Part shown: positions 53,495 through 64,000 of the stretch, piece after piece
How positions within the stretch are numbered: the first letter of the stretch is position 1
How the letters are laid out: the number at the start of each line of letters is the position of its first letter
Made by a program: the position numbers and the translations under genes
NCBI RefSeq assembly: GCF_902713615.1
Contig: NW_024055500.1
Location: 4,762,135 to 4,826,134, forward strand
Length of the DNA: 64,000 nt
DNA from: Scyliorhinus canicula
Taxonomy: Eukaryota
Direction of reading: 5' to 3'
The notes under the pieces: model-generated
Told to the model about the DNA's origin: nothing
The model's input: the letters and a program-made list of their open reading frames with translations, nothing else
The model's database searches: none

Positions 53495-55430
53495 CGTGTT
53501 GAATCTAATCGAGGGGATCGGGGTGGTTTATATATAGAATAACAGATACCCAGGGGTTAGTTACAGACTGGAATCTAATCGAGGGGTTCAGGGATGTTTA
53601 TATATAGAATAACAGATACCCGGGAGTGAGTTACAGACGGGAATCTAATCGAGGGGTTCGGGGTGGTTTATATATAGAATAACAGATTCCCGGGAGTGAG
53701 TTACAGACTGGAATCTAATCGAGGGGTTCGGGGTGGTTTATATATAGAATAACATACCCGGGAGTGAGTTACAGACTGGAATCAAATCGAGGGGTTCAGG
53801 GTGGTTTATATATAGAATAACAGATACCCGGGAGTGAGTTACCGACTGGAATCTAATCGAGGGGTTTGGGGTGGTTTATATATAGAATAACAGATACCCG
53901 GGAGTGAGTTACAGACTGGAATCTAATCGAGGGGTTCGGGATGGTTTATATAGAATAACAGATACCCGGGAGTGAGTTACAGACTGGAATCTGATCGAGG
54001 GGTTCGGGGTGGTTTATATATAGAATAACAGATACCCGGGAGTGAGTTACAGACTGGAATCTAATCGAGGGGTTCGGGGTGGTTTATATATAGAATAACA
54101 GATACCCGGGAGTGAGTTACAGACTGGAATCTAATCGAGGGGTTCGGGGTGGTTTATATATAGAATAACAGATACCCGGGAGTGAGTTACAGACTGGAAT
54201 CTAATCGAGGGGTTCGGGTGGTTTATATATAGAATAACAGTTACCCGGGAGTGAGTTACAGACTGGAATCTAATCGAGGGGTTCGGGGTGGTTTATATAT
54301 AGAATAACAGATACCCAGGAGTGAGTTACAGACTGGAATCTAATCGAGAGGTTCGGGGTGGTTTATATATAGAATAACAGATACCCGGGAGTGAGTTACA
54401 GACTGGAATCTAATCGAGGGGTTCAGGGTGGTTTATATATAGAATAACAGATACCCGGGAGTGAGTTACAGACTGGAATCTAATCGAGGGATTCGGGGTG
54501 GTTTATATATAGAATAACAGATACCCGGAGTGAGTTACAGACTGGAATCTAATCGAGGGGTTCAGGGTGGTTTATATATAGAATAACAGATACCCGGGAG
54601 TGAGTTACAGACTGGAATCTAATCGAGGGGTTCGGGGTGGTTTATATATAGAATAACAATACCCGGGAGTGAGTTACAGACTGGAATCTAATCGAGGGGT
54701 TCAGGGTGGTTTATATATAGAATAACAGATACCCGGGAGTGAGTTACAGACTGGAATCTAATCGAGGGGTTCGGGATGGTTTATATATAGAATAACAGAT
54801 ACCCGGGAGTGAGTTACAGACTGGAATCTAATCGAGGGGTTCAGGATGGTTTATATATAGAATAACAGATACCCGAGAGTGAGTTACAGACTGGAATCTA
54901 ATCATGGGGTTTGGGGTGGTTTATATATAGAATAACAGATACCCGGGAGTGAGTTACAGACTGGAATCTAATCGAGGGGTTCGGGGTGGTTTATATATAG
55001 AATAACAGATACCCGGGAGTGAGTTACAGACTGGAATCTAATTGAGGGGTTCTGGGTGGTTTATATATAGAACAACAGATGCCCGGGAGTGAGTTACAGA
55101 CTGGAATCTAATCGAGGGGTTCGGGGTGGTTTATATATAGAATAACAGATACCCGGGAGTGAGTTACAGACTGGAATCTAATCGAGGGGTTCGGGGTGGT
55201 TTATATATAGAATAACAGATACCCGGGAGTGAGTTACAGACTGGAATCTAATCGAGGGGTCCGGGATGGTTTATATATAGAATAACATACCCGGGAGTGT
55301 GTTACAGGCTGGAATCTAATCGAGGGGTCCGGGATGGTTTATATATAGAATAACAGATACTCGGGAGTGAGTTACAGACTGGAATCTAATCGAGGGGTTC
55401 GGAGTGATTGATATATCGAACAGTTACCCA
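53495..55430. repeat. 70-bp minisatellite (GAATCTAATCGAGGGGTTCGGGGTGGTTTATATATAGAATAACAGATACCCGGGAGTGAGTTACAGACTG) filling the last RPGRIP1 intron
   Basis: GAATCTAATC at 53501, 53571, 53641 and onward. Confidence 0.98.
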
Positions 55431-55464
55431 GGAGGGAGCTCCTCGCTATAATTGAATAACTTAC

Positions 55465-55592
55465 TGTCAAACTCTGTCTCTATAATGTCGCTCCCGGTCT
55501 GATAAATCCTGCTGATCGGCACGTAACAATATCCAATCTCGGTACAATCCTCGTTTGCGTCGAGTGGTTCGCTGACCACTGTGAACTTTAAC
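55465..55592 (-). CDS. RPGRIP1: RPGRIP1 penultimate exon LKFTVVSEPLDANEDCTEIGYCYVPISRIYQTGSDIIETEFD
   Basis: CCCAG acceptor, GTAAGT donor, 128 nt; matches human RPGRIP1 LKFTVVSDPL...ECEEVGY...GRDILEQELD; tail-to-tail with SUPT16H. Confidence 0.88.
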
Positions 55593-55669
55593 CTGGGTGC
55601 ATGAAGCAATTTGTCAGCAGGCTGCTGATAGATGTCGGAGGGTCTGGAAATCAGTGCAAGGTGACGACA

Positions 55670-57760
55670 ACCCTCCCTATCTCTGCAACCTCCTCCAGTC
55701 CGTACACCCCTCCCTATCTCTGTAACCTCCTCCAGTCCCCTACACCCCTCCCTATCTCTGCAACCTCCTCCAGTCCGTACACCCCTCCCTATCTCTGTAA
55801 CCTCCTCCAGTCCCCTACACCCCTCCCTATCTCTGTAACCTCCTCCAGCCCGTACAACCCTCCCTATCTCTGTAACCTCCTCCAGCCCCCGTACAACACT
55901 CCCTATCTCTGTAACCTCCTACAGCCCCTACACCCCTCCCTATCTCTGTAACCTCCTCCAGCCCCCGTACAACACTCCCTATCTCTGTAACCTCCTCCAG
56001 CCCCTACAACCCTCCCTATCTCTGTAACCTCCTCCAGCCCCTACACCCCTCCCTATCTCTGTAACATCCTCCAGTCCCTACACCCCTCCCTATCTCTGTA
56101 ACCTCCTCTAGTCCCCTACACCCCCTCCCTATCTCTGTAACCTCCTCCAGCCCCTACACCCTCCCTATCTCTGTAACCTGCTCCAACCCCTACAACCCTC
56201 CCTATCTCTGTAACCTCCTACAGCCCCTACACCCCTCCCTATCTCTGTAACCTCCTCCAGCCCCCGTACAACACTCCCTATCTCTGTAACCTCCTCCAGC
56301 CCCTACAACCCTCCCTATCTCTGTAACCTCCTCCAGCCCCTACACCCCTCCCTATCTCTGTAACATCCTCCAGTCCCTACACCCCTCCCTATCTCTGTAA
56401 CCTCCTCTAGTCCCCTACAACCCCCTCCCTATCTCTGTAACCTCCTCCAGCCCCTACACCCTCCCTATCTCTGTAACCTGCTCCAACCCCTACAACCCTC
56501 CCTATCTCTGTAACCTCCAGCCCCTACAACCCTCCCTATCTCTGTAACCTCCTCCAGCCCCTACAACCCTCCCTATCTCTGTAACCTCCTCCCCTACAAC
56601 CCTCCCTATCTCTGTAACCTCCTCCAGCCCCGACACCCCTCCCGATCTCTGTATCCTCCTCCAGCCCCGACACCCCTCCCTATCTCTGTAACCTCCTCCA
56701 GCCCCGACACCCCTCCCTATCTCTGTAACTCCTCCAGCCCCTACAACCCTCCCTATCTCTGTAACCTCCTCCAGACCCGACACCCCTCCCTATCTCTGTA
56801 ACCTCCTCCAGACCCGACACCCCTCCCTATCTCTGTAACCTCCTCCAGTCCCCTACACCCCTCCCTATCTCTGTAACCTACAACCCTCCCTTTCTCTGCA
56901 ACCTCCTCCAGCCCCTACAACCCTCCCTATCTCTGTAACCACCTCCAGCCCCTCACAACCCTCCCTATCTCTGTCACCTCCTCCAGCCCCTACAACCCTC
57001 CCTATCTATGTAACCTCCTCCAGCCCCGACAACCCTTCCTGTCCCTGTAACCTCCTCCAGCCCCTACAACCCTCCCTATCTCTGTAACCTCCTCCAGCCC
57101 CTACAACCCTCCTAATCTCTGTAAGCTCCTCCAGACCCTACACCCCTCCCTATCTCGGTAACCTGCTCCAGCCCAACAACCCTCCCTATCTCTAACCTCC
57201 TCCAGCCCCCTACAATCCTCCCTATCTCTGTACCTCCTCCAGCCCCTACACCCCTCCCTATCTCTGTAACCTCCTCCAGCTCCAACAACCCTCCCTCTCT
57301 CTGTAACCTCCTCCAGCCCCTACAACCCTCCCTATCTCTGTAACCTCCTCCAGCCCTACAACCCTCCCTACCTCTAACCTCTATCCCCGACAACCCTCCC
57401 TATCTCTGTAACATCTGACAACCCTCCCTATCTCTAACCTCCTCCAGCCCCTACAACCCTCCCTATCTCTGTAACCCCCTCCAGCCCCTACAACCCTCCC
57501 TGTCCCTGTAACCTCCTCCAGCCCTACAACCCTCCCTACCTCTAACCTCTATCCCCGACAACCCTCCCTATCTCTGTAACATCTGACAACCCTCCCTAGC
57601 TCTGTAACCTCCTCCAGCCCCTACAACCCTCCCTATCTCTGTAACCTCCTCCAGCCCCCAGAACCCTCCCTATCTGTAACCTCCTCCAACCCCTACAGCC
57701 CTCCCAATCTCTAACCTCCTCCAGCCCCTACACCCCTCCCTATCTCTGTAACCTCCTCCC
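55670..57760. repeat. ~37-bp minisatellite (same family as 41890-42905)
   Basis: Period of 37 (ATCTCTG at 55981 and 56018); runs into the gap. Confidence 0.96.
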
Positions 57761-58260
57761 NNNNNNNNNNNNNNNNNNNNNNNNNNNNNNNNNNNNNNNN
57801 NNNNNNNNNNNNNNNNNNNNNNNNNNNNNNNNNNNNNNNNNNNNNNNNNNNNNNNNNNNNNNNNNNNNNNNNNNNNNNNNNNNNNNNNNNNNNNNNNNNN
57901 NNNNNNNNNNNNNNNNNNNNNNNNNNNNNNNNNNNNNNNNNNNNNNNNNNNNNNNNNNNNNNNNNNNNNNNNNNNNNNNNNNNNNNNNNNNNNNNNNNNN
58001 NNNNNNNNNNNNNNNNNNNNNNNNNNNNNNNNNNNNNNNNNNNNNNNNNNNNNNNNNNNNNNNNNNNNNNNNNNNNNNNNNNNNNNNNNNNNNNNNNNNN
58101 NNNNNNNNNNNNNNNNNNNNNNNNNNNNNNNNNNNNNNNNNNNNNNNNNNNNNNNNNNNNNNNNNNNNNNNNNNNNNNNNNNNNNNNNNNNNNNNNNNNN
58201 NNNNNNNNNNNNNNNNNNNNNNNNNNNNNNNNNNNNNNNNNNNNNNNNNNNNNNNNNNNN
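57761..58260. other. Assembly gap (500 N)
   Basis: Run of N. Confidence 0.99.
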
Positions 58261-59036
58261 TGGAGTTTATGCAGAAAAGTGTGAGGTGATTCATTTTGGA
58301 AGGAATAACAGGAAGACAGAGTACTGGGCTAATGGTCAGATTCTTGGTAGTGTGGACGAGCAGAGAGATCTCGGTGTCCATGTCCATAGATCCCTGAAAG
58401 TTGCCACCCAGGTTGAGAGGGTTGTTAAGAAGGCGGACGGTGTGTTAGCTTTTATTGGTAGAGGGATTGAGTTTCGGAGCCATGAGGTCATGTTGCAGCT
58501 GTACAAAACTCTGGTGCGGCCGCATTTGGAGTATTGCATGCAGTTCTGGTCGCCGCATTATAGGAAGGATGTGGAAGCATTGGAAAGGGTACAGAGGAGA
58601 TTTACCAGGATGTTGCCTGGTATGGAGGGAAGATCTTACGAGGGGCTGAGGGACGAGGCTGTTTTCGTTAGAGAGAAGAAGGTTAAGAGGTGACTTAATT
58701 GAGGCATACAAGATGATCAGAGGATCAGATAGGGTGGACAGTGAGAGCCCTTTTTCCTCGGATGGTGATGTCCAGCACGAGGGGACATAGCTTTAAATTG
58801 AGGGGAGATAGATATAGGACAGATGTCAGATTCTTTACTCAGAGAGTAGTAAGGGCGTGGAATGCCCTGCCTGCAACAGTAGTGGACTCGCCAACACTAA
58901 ACGCATTCAAATGGTCATTGGATAGGCATATGGATGATAAGGGAATAGTGTAGATGGGCTTTAGAGGGGTTTCACAGGTCGGTGCAACATCGAGGGCCGA
59001 AGGGCCTGTACTGCGCTGTAATGTTCTATGTTCTAT
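58261..59036 (+). mobile_element. CR1-clade LINE 3' fragment
   Basis: CEVIHFG, LVRPHLEYCMQFWSPHY and FFTQRVVRAWNALP; tail TGTAATGTTCTATGTTCTAT. Confidence 0.93.
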
Positions 59037-60291
59037 TTGGAATAGTGTCCAATTCTGGTCGCCACACTACCAGAAGGATGTGGAGGCTTTAGAGAGGGTG
59101 CAGAAGAGATTGACCAGGATGTTGCCTGGTATGGAGGGCATTAGCTATGAGGAGCGGCTGAATAAACTGGGTTTGTTCTCCCGAGAGAGACGGAGGCTGA
59201 GGGGGCGATAGGGTGAACAGTTGGAGGCTTTTCCCAGGGCGTAAATGACAATGATACGGGGGCACAAGTTCAAGGTGAGAGGAGGGGGTGGTGAGTGGAA
59301 ATGTGCGGGGGAAGTTTGGCTATACCGAGTAATACTGCATACCAAGACAACTTGCCTGATTAGTAAGTTTGCAGACGACACAAAGGTTGGTGGAATTGCG
59401 GATAGCGATGAGGACTGTCAGAGGATACAGCAGGATTTAGATCGTTTGGAGACTTGGGCGGAGAGATGGCAGATGGAGTTTAATCCGGACAAATGTGAGG
59501 TGATGCATTTTGGAAGGTCTAATGCAGGTCGGGAATATACAGTGAATGGTAGAACCCTCAAGAGTATTGACAGTCAGAGAGATCTAGGTGTACAAGTCCA
59601 CAGGTCACTGAAAGGGGCAACACAGGTGGAGAAGGTAGTCAAGAAGGCAGACGGCATGCTTGCCTTCATTGGCCGGGGCATTGAGTATAAGAATTGGCAA
59701 GTCATGTTGCAGCTGTATAGAACCTTAGTTAGGCCACACTTGGAGTATAGTGTTCAATTCTGGTCGCCACATTACCAGAAGGATGTGGAGGGTTTAGAGA
59801 GGGTGCAGAAGAGATTTACCAGGATGTTGCCTGGTATCAAGGGCATTAGCTATGAGGAGCGGTTGAATAAACTCGGTTTGTTCTCACTGGAACAACGGAG
59901 GTTGAGGGGCGACCTGATAGAGGTCTGCAAAATTATGAGAGGCATAGACAGAGTGGATAGTCAGAGGCTTTTCCCCAGGGTAGAGGGGTCAATTACTAGG
60001 GGGCATAGGTTTAAGGTGCGAGGGGCAAGATTTAGAGGGGATGTACGAGGCAATTTTTTACACAGAGGGTAGTGGGTGCCTGGAACTCGCTGCCGGAGGA
60101 GGTGGTGGAAGCAGGGACGATAGTGACGTTTAAGGGGCATCTTGACAAATACAAGAATAGGATGGGAATAGAGGCATACGGACCCCGGAAGTGTAGATTT
60201 TAGTTTAGACGGGCAGCATGGTCGGCACAGGCTTGGAGGGCCGAAGGGCCTGTTCCTGTGCTGTACTTTTCTTTGTTCTTTGTGTTCGACA
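59037..60291 (+). mobile_element. Tandem CR1 fragments (short pieces 59037-59340, then a longer 3' fragment 59345-60291)
   Basis: SKFADDTKVGG...LVRPHLEYSVQFWSPHY...; tail GTACTTTTCTTTGTTCTTTG. Confidence 0.9.
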
Positions 60292-60294
60292 CGG

Positions 60295-60900
60295 TATTCC
60301 TCAAGTCGCGGTGAGTGAGAACGGTCATTGTCTCCGTGGTGAAGAGTGGCAACACTTTGCCGACGAAAGCAATGGCCGCCAATCTGATCCATATCTGGCA
60401 CTATTGAGGTGCAGAGAATCGCCGTTAGCCACACGGTCGATCGCCAGCAGAGTTCCTCAGGAATCGCGTACAATATACAGACAGAGGAAGGGTTGACTTG
60501 ACGAAGAAATCGTCGCGCGCTCTTTCACAAAAACGTGATCGATGGCGAATCAACTTCAGAAGCAACGTCGGCTGCAGTGCCAGATAGTTCAGCAGTTCCT
60601 GAGCATGAAAACGTCAGGGAGAACGTTGAATCTACAAGTTCTGAGCAGCAAGGTCAAACTTTGAGCAGGTCAGCCAGCGTCAGAAGAGAACCTGATCGAC
60701 TCAATTTGCAGATTCAGACTGTGTTCTAGTTTATAATATATATATTAAACAAACAATTAAATCCCTTTAGACTCACAGGCTAACGATGTCACGTGTAAAT
60801 ATACTGATAATAATGTATTCATTTATGCCTTCGAAGGAAAGGGGATGTGGTGATATCATGTGTTATTCATCGACTGACCACCAGGAGTGTCATTACAATA
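60295..60900 (+). mobile_element. Deleted Gypsy-type pol 3' remnant, polypurine tract and probable start of a 3' LTR
   Basis: HGIPQVAVSENG..F..EE resembles the integrase HGIP...VSDNG motif; RSASVRREPDRLNL resembles Gypsy pol ends; GAAGGAAAGGGGA (60833-60845) then TGT at 60846. Confidence 0.55.
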
Positions 60901-60992
60901 TAAGTTGTGTTGTAATTCTCTCTCTGTCTCTCTGCCTCTCTCACTCTGTCTCTCTCTCTCTCTGTCCCTCTCTCTCTCTCCAACTCTCTGTC

Positions 60993-61667
60993 NNNNNNNN
61001 NNNNNNNNNNNNNNNNNNNNNNNNNNNNNNNNNNNNNNNNNNNNNNNNNNNNNNNNNNNNNNNNNNNNNNNNNNNNNNNNNNNNNNNNNNNNNNNNNNNN
61101 NNNNNNNNNNNNNNNNNNNNNNNNNNNNNNNNNNNNNNNNNNNNNNNNNNNNNNNNNNNNNNNNNNNNNNNNNNNNNNNNNNNNNNNNNNNNNNNNNNNN
61201 NNNNNNNNNNNNNNNNNNNNNNNNNNNNNNNNNNNNNNNNNNNNNNNNNNNNNNNNNNNNNNNNNNNNNNNNNNNNNNNNNNNNNNNNNNNNNNNNNNNN
61301 NNNNNNNNNNNNNNNNNNNNNNNNNNNNNNNNNNNNNNNNNNNNNNNNNNNNNNNNNNNNNNNNNNNNNNNNNNNNNNNNNNNNNNNNNNNNNNNNNNNN
61401 NNNNNNNNNNNNNNNNNNNNNNNNNNNNNNNNNNNNNNNNNNNNNNNNNNNNNNNNNNNNNNNNNNNNNNNNNNNNNNNNNNNNNNNNNNNNNNNNNNNN
61501 NNNNNNNNNNNNNNNNNNNNNNNNNNNNNNNNNNNNNNNNNNNNNNNNNNNNNNNNNNNNNNNNNNNNNNNNNNNNNNNNNNNNNNNNNNNNNNNNNNNN
61601 NNNNNNNNNNNNNNNNNNNNNNNNNNNNNNNNNNNNNNNNNNNNNNNNNNNNNNNNNNNNNNNNNNT
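60993..61667. other. Assembly gap (675 N) flanked by (CT)n
   Basis: Run of N. Confidence 0.99.
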
Positions 61668-61753
61668 CTGTCCCTCCATCTCTGTCTCTCTCTCCGTCTC
61701 TCTCTCTCTCTCCGTCTCTCTCTGTCTCTCTCTCTCTATCTCTCTCTCTTCAG

Positions 61754-61813
61754 GTGGAGAAAGTTCACTCCTTCCTCGATTACATCATGGGTGGCTGCCA
61801 AATACTCTTCACG
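61754..61813 (+). CDS. CPNE6: Copine internal exon VEKVHSFLDYIMGGCQILFT (C2B to vWA junction), CPNE6-like
   Basis: (CT)n-TTCAG acceptor, GTGAGG donor, 60 nt, phase 0; SFLDYIMGGCQI.FT is a copine signature; paralog choice rests on VEKVH and 14q11.2-type synteny and is less certain than the family call. Confidence 0.75.
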
Positions 61814-61879
61814 GTGAGGACCCTCTTCATTGGCTGCTGGGCGTTGACGGTTGGTGAATGGCCAATCAGGAGCGGAGAT

Positions 61880-64000
61880 GGACAGTTCCAGTCTCCGTAT
61901 CCCTCGGTTAGACAAACACTGGGAGCACTGTGCACAGTTCCGGTCTCCGTATCCCTCGGTTAGGCCCACACTGGGAGCACTGTGCACAGTTCCGGTCTCC
62001 GTATCCCTCGGATAGACCCACACTGGGAGCACTGTGCACAGTTCCGGTCTCCGTATCCCTCGGTTAGACCCACATTGGGAGCACTGTGCACAGTTCCGGT
62101 CTCCGTATCCCTCGGTTAGACCCACACTGGGAGCACTGTGCACAGTTCCGGTCTCCGTATCCCTCGGTTAGACCCACACTGGGAGCACTGTGCACAGTTC
62201 CAGTCTCCGTATCCCTCGGTTAGACCACACTGGGAGCACCGTACGCAGTTCCGGTCTCTGTATCCCTCGGTTAGACCCACACTGGGAGCGCCGTGCACAG
62301 TTCCGGTGTCCGTATCCCTCGGTTAGACCCACACTGGGAGCACCATGCACAGTTCCGGTCTCCGTATCCCTCGGTTAGACCCACACTGAGAGCGCTGTGC
62401 ACAGTTCCGGTCTCCGTATCCCTCGGTTAGACCCACGCAGGGAGCACTGTGCACAGTTCCGGTCTCCGTATCCCTCGGTTAGACCCACACTGGGAGCACT
62501 GTGCACAGTTCCGGTCTCCGTATCCCTCGGTTAGACCCACGCTGGGAGCACTGTGCCCAGTTCCGGTCTCCCTATCCCTCGGTTAGACCCACACTGTGAG
62601 CACTGTGCACAGTTCCGGTCTCCGTATCCCTCGGTTAGACCCACACTGGGAGCACTGTGCACAGTTCCGGTCTCCCTATCCCTCGGTTAGACCCACACTG
62701 GGAGCACTGTGCACAGTTCCAGTCTCCGTATCCCTCGGTTAGACCCACACTGGGAGCACTGTGCACAGTTCTGGTCTCCGTATCCCTCGGTTAGACCCAC
62801 ACTGGGAGCACCGTGCACAGTTCCGGTCTCCCTATCCCTCGGTTAGACCCACACTGGGAGCACTGTGCACAGTTCCGGGCTCCGTATCCCTCGGTTAGAC
62901 CCACACTGGGAGCACCGTGCACAGTTCCAGTCTCCGTATCCCTCGGTTAGACCCACACTGGGAGCACCGTGCACAGTTCCGGTCTCCGTATCCCTCGGTT
63001 AGACCCACACTGGGAGCACTGTGCACAGTTCCGGTCTCCGTATCCCTCGGTTAGACCCACACTGGGAGCATTGTGCACAGTTCCAGTCTCCGTATCCCTC
63101 GGTTAGACCCACGCTGGGAGCACTGTGCACAGTTCCAGTCTCCGTATCCCTCGGTTAGACCCACACTGGGAGCACCGTGCACAGTTACGGTCTCCGTATC
63201 CCTCGGTTAGACCCACACTGGGAGCACTGTGCACAGTTCCGGTCTCCGTATCCCTCGGTTAGACCCACACTGGGAGCACTGTGCACAGTTCCGGTCTCCG
63301 TATCCCTTGGTTAGACCCACACTGGGAGCACTGTGCACAGTTCCGGTCTCCGTATCCCTCGGTTAGACCCACACTGGGAGCACCGTGCACAGTTCCGGTC
63401 TCCGTATCCCTCGGTTAGACCCACACTGGGAGCACTGTGCACAGTTCCAGTCTCCGTATCCCTCGGTTAGACCCACACTGGGAGCACTGTGCACAGTTCC
63501 GGTCTCCGTATCCCTCGGTTAGACCCACACTGGGAGCACTGTGCACAGTTCCGGTCTCCGTATCCCTCGGTTAGACCCACGCTGGGAGCACTGTGCACAG
63601 TTCCGGTCTCCGTATCCCTCGATTAGACCCACACTGGGAGCACTGTGCACAGTTCCGGTCTCCGTATCCCTCGGTTAGACCCACACTGGGAGCACTGTGC
63701 ACAGTTCCGGTCTCCGTATCCCTCGGTTAGACCCACACTGTGAGCACTGTGCACAGTTCCGGTCTCCGTATCCCTCGGTTAGACCACACTGGGAGCACTG
63801 TGCACAGTTCCAGTCTCCGTATCCCTCGGTTAGACAAAAACTGGGAGCACTGTGCACAGTTCCGGTCTCCGTATCCCTCGGTTAGACCCACACTGGGAGC
63901 ACCGTGCACAGTTCCGGTCTCCGTATCCCTCGGTTAGACCCACACTGGGAGCACCGTGCACAGTTCCGGTCTCCGTATCCCTCGGTTAGACCCACACTGG
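61880..64000. repeat. 52-bp CR1-derived minisatellite (same family as 47388-49702)
   Basis: Same unit; runs off the right edge. Confidence 0.98.

Noticed and set aside
53233-55592. RPGRIP1L instead of RPGRIP1
   Set aside because: LKFTVVS and the GY residues, plus tail-to-tail position with SUPT16H, favour RPGRIP1
47388-64000. CACTGTG|CACAGTT in each 52-bp unit, resembling a RAG signal joint
   Set aside because: No nonamer at 12- or 23-nt spacing, and the motif is explained as CR1 codons TAC TGT GCA CAG TTC (YCAQF) with a T>C change

Overview
Eukaryotic, intron-rich and very repeat-dense vertebrate DNA, most likely from a shark or other elasmobranch. That assignment is inferred from HE1-like tRNA SINEs, CR1/L2/Penelope debris and the divergence of the conserved proteins. 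The window has five contigs separated by four N gaps (12212-12711, 36163-36662, 57761-58260, 60993-61667). Gene content: (1) on the minus strand, a spliced immunoglobulin-superfamily gene made of a 46-nt leader exon (21102-21147), a germline-joined V-J exon (15581-15961), an antigen-receptor-type C1 exon (13636-13953) and a short uncertain tail. All junctions are phase 1 and there is no RSS between V and J, so this looks like a non-rearranging VJ-C1 antigen-receptor relative. (2) The last six coding exons of SUPT16H (+). (3) The last two exons of RPGRIP1 (-), tail-to-tail with SUPT16H as at human 14q11.2 next to TRA/TRD. (4) One copine exon, CPNE6-like (+). Most of the remainder is minisatellite arrays with units of about 21, 26, 32, 33, 35, 37, 43/46, 52, 69, 70 and ~73 bp; several appear to derive from retroelement sequence and several show kb-scale higher-order duplication. 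There are also CR1/L2 fragments, SINEs, a Penelope remnant, a Gypsy remnant and an unusual LTR + tRNA-Pro PBS + inverted-U3 mini-element. The VJ-C1 gene is the top candidate for a novel system. Its linkage to SUPT16H/RPGRIP1 crosses an assembly gap and needs confirmation. Almost all long ORFs in the supplied track are repeat or gap artefacts.
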